Shown here: one piece after another, positions 53,423-64,000 of the stretch | Layout: each line of letters begins with the position of its first letter | Numbering within the stretch: position 1 is the first letter of the stretch | NCBI GenBank assembly: GCA_965202585.1 | Contig: OZ241828.1 | Span: 41,168,001 to 41,232,000 of the forward strand | Direction of reading: 5' to 3' | From: Thalia democratica | Taxonomy: Eukaryota | DNA: 64,000 bases | The notes under the pieces: generated by a model | Database searches by the model: none | What the model saw: only the letters and a program-made list of their open reading frames with translations | What the model was told of the DNA's origin: nothing | Position numbers and translations under genes: made by a program

Positions 53423-56400
53423 CAAATAACCTAATAAACTTCGTTGTAGTATCTCTTATCTTAAATTATATTTTACGCTACAAACGTTTATGACAATTTA
53501 AACTTAGTATTAAAAGTTTGTACAACTAAAAGATTTAATACTGAAAAATGTTCTTATTTATCTAAATGTATATTAGGTAACTCAGTAGATTGCTGCAAAT
53601 ATCTTGCAGCAGTATCTTCAACTATTTTATTTAAAACATGTATTGTAATACTCTATCACTCTATCTGAAAGTTATATTAAACTGTTATTTAAGCGTCAAT
53701 AGTTTTTTAACATTTAAAAGGTGTTTTTCATATTAAGTATAAAAATAAGTTTCTTTACTTGTTATAAAACAAAATTAGCCAAATAAAAGATATATTCAAA
53801 ACTACAGATACACAGCTTGTTCTGTATTACATATAAAATATTAGTAAGAAGCAAGACAAAACATTATTTTATTATAACTTTATAATCGCAGTAAAAAGAA
53901 AAATATAAACAATATCAGTATAGCACAAAAAATTTTTCCAGAGTAATTTTTTATAAGTTTCATTAATAAAGTGAAACTTTGTTCCACTTTCTTTTATAAA
54001 CTTCAAATAAATATTTTTCATAAAATCGTATTGACTTATTCTTTATTGTTTTGCGGTTGAAAAATGTTTAATTTATAAAACTAACATAAATCTGTTACTA
54101 ATAATAAAAACTGAGTACTAAAATCAAAAACTTAAATATAATGAATTCAAGTTTGTTATAATCTTAAATAAACGGTTTAAACTAAAAAATATGTATACTT
54201 TATTTACCAAAAGAACAAAGAGATTTTTCAATTTTTTTAAACATGTTTTATTATTACTAGGTAGGTAAATTAGTATGAAAGTAGTTTTAGTTCTATTAGT
54301 TTTAAAGTTCAATGATGAAGGACGGTTGTCCGAAATTAATTTTAACAAAATGTTGCAATAAACTGGTAGATTTTTAAAACATCGTTTATTTATTTTTTAT
54401 AACTACTGATGTAGGGAAAATAATCACTATTAAAAACATTTGACTTGTGTCCTGGACCGATTTGCAAAGCTAAATCTATAAAGTATCTTAAACTTACTTA
54501 CTTTATTCAAAAAATTTAACCTAACTTAGCTCTTATTGTCTTTAAAATTAAATAAATTACTTATATGAAGGATAATAAGTTAGAATTTTTGTTTTTATAA
54601 CTGCAAAGTCTAACAAACAGTACAATCATAAATTTATTACATATATTACACAAGTCTATAATTTTCTCACTAAAATTTATTTCCTTAAACTAGATTACGA
54701 TTTTTAACTCATTGTTATCTAAGTTATCATTTAATAGACTCAAATGTTTTGTAATTAGATGGCTTAAAAATATTATTACGGTTTTTAAATGAATTTTTAG
54801 ATACTATAATGTATAGAAGAGTTAAGTTTTTATAATTTAGGAACATCGTTAAAAATATGAATAAAATTCAAAGCTTAAGGTTTGTTTTCTAAAAATGACA
54901 AATATTTATCTTATCAATCACGTTAACACATCAAACTACAAAGAAAAAAAAAACAATATAAAAGAAGGTATTGTACTATAAATTTTATAAAAGCATTGTA
55001 TTGTAAAAAAAAAAACAATTAATCATTGATCTCAAACATGTAGCATAATTGAATTATAGCTCATTTTACTGTATATCAGTGTTAATATTATAATATGTTT
55101 GTACATTTATACTTATTATCGTTTCAGATATTTCATTGTTAATAAAGTACTTTAACACAAGGAGTTTTTCCTGAATAAAAACCTTTTAAACTAATAATGG
55201 TTTTAATAAAGTGCCCAACTCATATATGCAACTACAAGACGCTAAATCACTCATGTGATACAGTTTGCAGACTTCTTGACCTGCCAGGGTGGAACATGAT
55301 AAGAATTCATCAAAAGCTGTTATAATATCAAATGCACCTCAACTAATTGGGCCAAGAGTTGACCATGGTTGATCATTTGCAGGTGGGAGGTATTCGAAAC
55401 TGGGTCACGCATGAGCAGCCAAAATGCAAACATACAGCTTTTTCAATACGCACATGACAAACTTGGCAATCTTATATTGGCAAATGATCCTAGGCTGGTG
55501 GCTAAGTCAGAAGAATATGTGGCTTAAGTGATAAAGTCATACACTAAAATATTAACTATAGTCAATTACTGTAAATGTGTATTGTAAATGAAAAAATTAA
55601 AAAAAAAACGTTAGTCATTAAAGTTTTGATTCCTTTTTTTTATTTAAAATTTAAAAAGCTTGGACTTGATTGATTTTCTTATGATACTTTAATTACGGTT
55701 GAACATTTTTCAAAGGTAAATATGAAATTTTATACAAACGCTTATAACATTTCGTAATCGCATACTAGTTGACAAAAAAACCCAAAAACTTTAATGGAAC
55801 AAGCTTTGTTAAAAAATTATCTGGTAGCATTAAGTTATCTGCAGTAGCTATACAAGTTGTTTAAAACAATAAACTAGTTATTTTTTCTCAACAAAAGAAG
55901 GTTCAAGTCCACTTTTTTGACTTGTGACACTTAAGTAGTACTTAGAAGAGCTTCTGCTAATTACCAGGGTGACATTTTGCAAACAACTTGCATAGTACAA
56001 TTGACACTGTAAGACGTTTTAATTTATTGGTGAAAGTTTTTAAAGTCATTTAAGTTTCAATGTGTACTTACATGTTTTGTTCTAGCTATTTGTTTTATAA
56101 GAAGTTTTAAGTTACTAATAACTGTTAGAGTGATTATGTTTTAGAAATAGTGCTTAAAATCAAAAGATACTGGTAAGATTTCCTACAACTTCTTTCGATT
56201 AAGTTGTTTTAAAATTATCGCAGTAATAAAATTGATACACAAGTTTATTAGTTCTTATTATTTATCAAAAAATTATATAGAACTTCACACGATAACACAT
56301 ATAGATTTTCTAAAAAAAAAATCAATGTTATTATAGCTACTTTTTATTGAAAACACGTGCAAGAAATTTTACCTAATAATTGTTTTGAAACTTAACTATT

Positions 56401-58116
56401 TTAAATAAATTTCAACAGTTTAACATTGTTTGTTACTTTTAGTTTTGAAAAATAGAAACTTAAATTATTTGTAAAATGTTTAGATTGCTTTTTTTCCAAA
56501 GAAAAAGTTATAGCAATATTTTTTAATAAATTTAATGTAAAATATTTCGTTCATAACTGTTCTTTACACAAGATTAGCTAAACACTAGTTAATTACTATT
56601 GAAGTTTTCTACGTTTGTTTTAATGTTTAAAATAAAAACAGAAAAAAATATTAGTGTTTGAAATTAAACGGAAAGAAATATAGACATATTAATATTCTCT
56701 AATAATTAGTTATTTTAGTTAAGAAGTTACGTTTTAATGTACTAAAGTTTATAGTTAACATAAAGGTATTTATTGTTCGATGTGTTTACGTCCTATAAAC
56801 TTAAATCAATTAATACCTAAAAACTTTTTAAACACGATATATCTAACTTTTAAACAGTAATTGTGCAAAACTATGATACTTACAATAAACGTTTTGAGTT
56901 AAAATATTTATTCCGATATAATATAAATTTATAACAAACTGTTTAAATTAAAAAAACTAATCTAGAAAGCACTAAAAGACTAAACGTAGTAAAAATAAAA
57001 AGTTCTTATTGTTAAAAGTCACTGAAAAAAAATTATGGTTTGTTTAGATTAGACAACCCTTTTTATACAAAATTATAAACATTAAGTACGCTTGTTACAA
57101 TGAAGTAGCAATTTTTTTTTTGTTTAGGTTTGTTTAAAAAGCTAGTACCTATTGACTGCACTACTTTCTGAAAGCTATAATCACACGTATTTAAAATCTT
57201 TAATTTATATGAGATAAATTTATGTAAATAAGTTTTAAACAAAAAAATTACATCGAACACATTTAAAACAGCTAAAATTTAAAAAACATTTATTGAGAAA
57301 CATACCTTTTAAAAAAAGTTTAAGTTTTTCATGAAATATTCAGGAAGAAAGATTCATTTAAAACTTAGCATCTAAGAAATATTTTTATTTACTTTTTTGG
57401 TAAAAATTTTAAAAAGTCAAACAGTCAACTGATTTAAAAAATAAAACGATACACTTTTTTACGATTTCATACTTAACTTAAAAAAATTAAGTTTTTAATC
57501 AACTTACTTATAGTTATTATTTGAACAAACCAAAATAAAGTAAAGTTTATGTTGTTATCTAGCTATTTTTCGTATAAGTTGCAAAAGTTTAGAGAGTAAA
57601 AATGTCTATTTATCGATAATACTGTTTGTATATTTTATCCATCTAGTATGCATTTATTAATAGTTGTTGTCACGATTTTATAAATTATGTTTATTAGTAT
57701 ACTTAATTAAACTTTTAAAATAAAGTCTACAGTATAATATTTACATTCAAATAATGAAGCAAAATTATTATTTTCTTTCATAAAATTTTAAAATATTTTG
57801 TTAAAGTTTAATTATTTAGCAACCAATATTATAAAAATTTAGCAACAAAGATTTGTATTAATGAAGAAAAAACTACGTATATATTCAATACTAAAAAATT
57901 AAAGATGCAAATATTAAAGTCCAATATTTTAATGGTAGATATAAAAATACTTCTTTTAATGATAAAGACCAAAAACAAATAAGAATTACTTAAGAAAAAA
58001 TTACAAATATCTAAAATAGTATAATAATATAAAAACTAATGTTAAAAAATATTATACAATCTAAACTTCGAAAATCAAACCTCTTATAGATTTCATGTAT
58101 TAAAAAGACACTTAAC

Positions 58117-61100
58117 ATGTCTTTTTTTACTTATTTATTTCTAATATATCAAATCATCGTGGTAAGCTCAATCGATTGTCCTAAAACGATTGAATGGACG
58201 AAATACCACAACTCGTGTTTAAAATTAATTGTTGAAGCAGGTAAGTTAAACAAAACTAGTTTAAGTCGGATAACAAAACAAACCAACTAATACTTTTCTA
58301 AACGCAGCTTCGTGGAAACAAGCATCTACTGAGTGTCTTTTAAGTAGCGGAAGACTCATGAACATAACTAGAAATGATGAAGAGTTTTATAAGCTGTTAC
58401 GACTGTCCAACGGGGGTGATAACAAGCAGGCTCAAGGAGATATATGGATCGGAGCACACGTGCCGCCGCTTGGTAAATGATTTGAGTGTAATTTATATCT
58501 AAAAATTGTTTGGCTGAAACCATTAAAAGCTTTGACTTTTATGCTTATTTTCAACGTTTGCCATCTGAACAAAGGTGTATCTTTTAAAATGACTTCTAAG
58601 AGTATACAATCTCAAATAGACTGTCGGGGTTTACACAAAAATAGTATACTTTGGTTTTAAATTGTTCAAAAAACCATAAGTATTTTCAGAAAGCTTTAGA
58701 AAATAAATATACTTTTTAACTTATTAAATTTTTATTTTTAACAGTTCATGACTCTTACTTTGATCAATGTACTGATGGGCTTATTTTTAAAAGAACAAAG
58801 TGCTTTAGAGTTCAAAAAGATACATACCACTGGAAACAAGCCGTTCAAAGTTGTTATGATAAGGGAGGAAGAATAGCTACAGTTAACAATGATGAGTTCT
58901 TAAAGTTCGTCAACAAACTTGCAAAAGATGTTTCTAAGACAAAGTAATCATTGTATTTAGTTTAAAAATAGAGTTTTTTCATGGTGATAATTGAAAATTA
59001 TATTTTAAAATATAAAGCACGCAAGATGAATTCTGGGTCAATGGACAAGTTAAATTCTCTGAAATAGTAGATGAAAATAAAGAGAGACTATTCTTTCCTA
59101 CAACCAATAAAAGTTTTATCAAAAACTCTTGTATTGCGGTTAGAAAACTTTTTTTTTAATAATTTTTATGAGTTTTCTAAAAGTTTTTCTATATATGTTT
59201 CTAAACTTCTTAAAATAATCACCTAAGTGTGTAAAATTCAGGTTATAGGTAAAAAAGATGCAAAAAATATGTACAACTTAAAACACTGTTCCGAAAAGAA
59301 AAGTTCAATTTGTGAATTTAGTTTACAACCTCAAAAACTACAAAAAAGTTCTAAAGAAGTTCCTCCGTCGTAAGTAAAAAAATATTTAACTTTTTAATTT
59401 TGTATGATCTTTTAAAAATCTAAAAATTATTTTAGCTACGTCGGAAGTTGCAATGAGATAGCGGTGCTTTCCTCTTTAGCTTCAGAAATTATAACGAACA
59501 GTAATCAAGAACAACCTTTACATAGTTTATTTGCTAAGCTAAAAAACGGCCATTATATTATGCTTCCGAAGTCATCCTCATTACAATTAAATACGAAACG
59601 AATTGATGACACAAGTTTTGATGGGAACTATCGATTAGAATACTGTAACTTCGACAGTACAAGAAAGCTGCTATCAAAATCGTCAAGAGAAAGCATTTCA
59701 AATGTCTATCTTAAAATGTACAAGTATGTATTTATCTAACAACCTATAACGGATATTTTTTAATGAAAAGTTTAAACCGTTTTTGATATTTTTAACTATT
59801 GTGATCTTTTTTTTTAATTATTTTCTACTACAAAGGCATTTTATTAACTTTCAAATTTTTTATTGTTTAGACTTCTTATTGTAAGCACTGCTTTTTAAGA
59901 TTCAAATTAGAATTTAAGAAAAAAAATCTAAACAAATTGAACAGATGGTCAAACTACAAATCTAATGAACTTAAACTTGAAGTTTCTTCAGGAAACCTTA
60001 AATCTTACAACCAGTTACAATCTAGCACACAATTTATCGGGGCATGTATTTCTTCTAATTTACAAGGTACTTTTTTATATAAACATTTACATTGAGTTTT
60101 CCGTATAAAAAACTTAAACCTTTTGTTGAAGAAATGCAGTCTAACTATAAACTTATACAGTTAATGTTAATAATGTTCTATTTACAATAAGTGCTTTTAA
60201 AATGGAATAGTTTTGATATATATTAAAAAAAAACAATGCAATAAAAATTTATTTTTTGTTAAAAATAATCTTAAACCTTTATAACCACGTAATTATACTT
60301 TAGGTATATGGAAAACTACTTCTTGCAGTAAAAATTATGCTTTCGTATGCCAATATCATCAACTTGAAGCATGGAAAGATTTCAGAAAAAGCTATCCGAA
60401 TGAACTTGAAGTTTTTTTAACTTTTCAACTTAATTTAAAAATTTTGAAGTGAACATAAAAAGCTACCGTTTACTCTTTAAACTTTTTAATTCTGAGTTAT
60501 ACTTGAAAATTTAAAACATAGTTTTAATAAAATATAACATTTTAAAGATTGGAAATATTTTAGTTGGTTTGAACTGTTTTTCAAACTTTGATAAGAGTTG
60601 AATTTTAGGTTTATAAAGCGTACATTGAGAATGAAATGTACCAATTGCACAATGCAAACGTCTCTGTGTGTAACGAGATAATTAAAAACGTAGAAAAAAC
60701 AATTAAACAACTTTGCATATCGATTAAAAAATCAAAAAATAGTTGGAAGAACTTTGAAAACATGGAAGTTATTAACCTACTTATGATAACAATAGAAATA
60801 ATGGAACGCATTCAAGACAAAATAAGTCAAAGTGTAAGTGACTAATGTAGTCAATTCGATTATGTAACTGATTTATTTATTAGCTAAATGTAAATCAGTT
60901 TTGTATTAAAGAATACAATAATTAGCTATTAGGAATAAAAAATATGTATAAGTAGTTTATTTAAAAGTAAAATTAAGTTAATCACATTCATTAAAAATAA
61001 ATACTCAGTAAAAATGATACATAAGGGTATTTTTATATTTATGATTAAACTTGACATTTTTATTTAAAGATAATGTAATAACATGTTTTGAAAGTTCCTA

Positions 61101-63319
61101 CAAAATATCTAGGTTAAAAAATAGGCTTAAATAACGACTTAAGTGATTATACCGTAGTTTGTGGTTTTGTATTAAAAATATAAAACTTTTTTTAATGTAT
61201 TTGTTCACTATTTTATAGTTTTTAAATCTTTTAAGACAAAAAACATTATGTTAAAACTATACAATAAAAGTATACGTTAAAACGAGGTGTTGGCCACAGT
61301 TGTCTCAGTTTATATGCCATACTCAAATATTTGATCAAAAAATAACACAACTTACTATAAACAATTTCACAATAACTTTATTTTTAAATTTTTATAGAAA
61401 TTTTATTTATAAAAGACATTAATAATGTATTACTTATATCTTGAAGTGAACTTATAATAATTCAAATTTTAATTCTATAGCATATAAAAGTTAAGTGTTT
61501 AAAGGTATAGTTTTACTCGTTTTTTATATAGTTTGAAATTTTTTCGACATTCACTATAAACCACGCAAAACAATTTTAGCTTTATTTCTTTATGTTAAAA
61601 TTATAGGAGATCGATATTATGATTTTTGTTGAAGCCGTGTCTTTGTTGTCTGAGTTAACAGCTACTACTTACATGAAGACTAAAAACAATATTACCAGTA
61701 TAAGGACTAGATCTAGTGAAAACAGTCTAGTTAAAATAAGTACTAGTATCAATGAAGGAGATAAAACGATAAATTTTCATTCGAATACAAGTGGTAATTT
61801 TTCTTACTTGATGTTATTAGTTTAACATAAGTAACACACTTTTACTCTATTTATTAGTAATATGTTAAAGTTTAGCTTTATTTTAAGACTACTATTTTAA
61901 TGCTGCGATTAGTCTAAGCCTAGTTGTAAAGTTAAGTTTTGTTCACCTAACTCTGTAAAATAGTTAGTATTTTTTATAATTATAGCTAATTTTAGAAATA
62001 GTTTATATTTTTTTATTTGAAATTAAATAACACTTTATTTAAATTACAACTATAAAGCTTAAAGTCTGTGACTATATATTGTTATGAAAATTAAGCTTAA
62101 ATTATACTTACTTACAGGGTAGAAATTTTAACATAAATTTACAAACACATAGGGCTTCTTATAAGACTAATAGTTAACTACTAAAACATTTTTAAACTGT
62201 GTTAGCTTTTTTTCAAAAAGATAGTATGTTATAACAAAAACTTAAGACTAGTCTGTAAAGTTTTAAAATTACGTACTCATATTTTTATAAATGTTCTAAT
62301 TTCTTGAAGTTTTATTAGCAATGATATAGATTATATAATTATTTTCTAATAATGAATTTATAAATGGTTCCTTTGTACACCAGGTCCTTAGACCAAACTT
62401 TTTGAGCGCTTTTTTTATCGTTCAATAAACAATATAAATAAGATAAGTAATAATATGGTATTAAAATACTAGTTATATACTAAATTCTTCTTTCAAATAC
62501 ATTGAAGAAACTTAAATTTTTTTTTGATAAGTTAAATAAAGTTTTACAAAGTAAAGTTTTGTTATTTACAGCCGTAAAAATACACATATACGATAAATCA
62601 AGTCTTGAAAAAAAAGATGAAGTTTTGAAATTTAGTCACCAATCACGTACTGATCTATCGAGTATTGAGTTAAATCTAGATCCTAAAAGAATAGGTATTA
62701 AATATTCTTATTTTAAAATAACTGTTTTGGAATCTATCTAAATATTTAATTAGCAAATTAAAAAAATAAAATAGGTGGCTTTTTAAAATCTAAAATTAAG
62801 GAATTGATTTTATACATTGACATGACATAAGAAAAAAAAAATATTATAAGTAGTTGTTTCTATGTTTTCAAAATTAGCTTTATTCATAGCGATTTTTGTA
62901 AAATTGTACTTTTAGATGAAAATATATAATAAAAAAATACAAAGTGTTTTATTAAATAAATAAAGTTATGTTATTATTTATTTACAGAAATGTTTATGAA
63001 ACAGACTAAAAATTTTATAAAAATGTTTTAGCATTTGTTCAAAAATTCACTTTTTTTTCTTTTATAATGGTTAAAAGTCTTTAACATACATATTTTAAAA
63101 TTTGAGATCATTAAAAAAAGTTACTGATGATTTCCAAAATTGAGTTCCTATTTATAATTCAAGAAACTTTTACTTTAATAAGTAGAACTTAAAATTAAGA
63201 AAATATATTAAAGTAGAATTTTAAAAGAACGATTTTTTTTCTCAGAAAATGTTTCTAACCTAGCAGTCGTGTTTGCAACTTTTTTATTCAAAAGACAAAA
63301 AGAAGATGTAGATGTACAG
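58117..63319 (+). CDS. Signal-peptide, multi C-type-lectin-domain protein; possibly the N-terminal part of an adhesion-GPCR or polycystin-1-like receptor; 3' part lies beyond the window
   Basis: GT-AG, phase-consistent exons: 58117-58240, 58308-58472, 58745-58943, 59018-59138, 59242-59369, 59436-59723, 59945-60066, 60304-60410, 60609-60833, 61607-61793, 62572-62694, 63246-63319 (621 codons, open). N-terminus MSFFTYLFLIYQIIVVSS-IDCP looks like a signal peptide. CTLD motifs: CPKTIEWTKYHNSCL..WKQASTEC..WIG; CTDG..KCF..WKQAVQSC..FWVNG..SCIA..HCSEKKSSICE; WSNY..ACIS..GIWKTTSCSKNYAFVCQY. These are followed by a helical then beta-like region that may be a GAIN domain. No GPS or TM segment is visible in the window. 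Confidence 0.8.
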
Positions 63320-64000
63320 GTATCTAAAAAAATAAACTAATAAAGTGTGTTTTTATCAGTAATCTTCTCTTCGGTACGCACTTTCGTCGAGTATTCTTTT
63401 TTTGCCGAGTAAATCTTGTTTTCAAAGTTTAAATACGTTTTTCTTTAAATTTACTTCAAAACTTTATGAAAAAGAAGTAAAAATGACAATATAAATTTTT
63501 GTTTGCGTTTTCCCATTAATAGTGAGGCTTGACTAAAACAAAAAGCAAATTATGCAAAAATACTTTTAAAGAAGAAGTTTCTTAAAAAAAATTATGAAAG
63601 TAAAAAAAAATTGCAGTTTAAATTTAGAAAGCTTACGTGTAAAATATACATAACTTTTTTTTTCTAAAATTTTAAGAAATTTGGCATTGAAAATTATTTT
63701 ATCTACGTTTTCATATAAAAAAATTCTTAAAAAAAACTATGTTAATCTCAAATTTAAAGTACTAAACTACTTAAATTCTAAAACTGTTTGTAAAAGCATA
63801 TGGTGTACGACTCGATAATCTAAAGGTTCTTCGTACAATAGGTTCCTAGACTAATTTTTTTTAGGATTATTTCTTTTATTGTTAACAAACAGTAATACTA
63901 CTTTTCGTTTTCTAAAACTATGAATATTACAATACATCAAAAAATTTTTGTTGTATGTTAAAACGATTGAAACAAATCAGAAAAGAATAATAATGATGAA

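Noticed and set aside
58473-58657. In-frame read-through past TGA at 58476-58481 region (possible selenocysteine or extra CTLD half)
   Set aside because: The downstream peptide lacks CTLD motifs and ends in a stop; a good GT donor at 58473 gives a phase-consistent splice to 58745.

Overview
Very AT-rich eukaryotic genomic DNA with spliceosomal introns and invertebrate-type transposons; Hydra-like, but the organism is my inference. Left 40.3 kb: repeat-derived. It holds a near-identical 19,544-bp-period tandem duplication (1241-20776 / 20785-40320) whose 8-nt junction looks templated from nearby inverted sequence. Each unit contains a large inverted repeat (arms 1-3974 and 6638-11475 in unit 1) carrying tail-to-tail degenerate Penelope-like retroelements (RT + GIY-YIG). 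Each unit also has a TG..CA solo LTR with a 4-bp TSD in one arm only, a hAT/Buster transposase remnant, and a ~309-bp direct repeat carrying minimal type I hammerhead ribozyme motifs. Right 24 kb: a complete, intact, intron-rich class II xylose isomerase gene (minus strand, 42161-53265, 455-465 aa, all metal ligands present). Divergent from it is a 12+-exon signal-peptide/C-type-lectin gene (58117 to beyond 63319, possibly adhesion-GPCR/PKD1-like) whose first lectin domain appears split around a second one. Most entries in the supplied ORF track are spurious, single exons or TE fragments.
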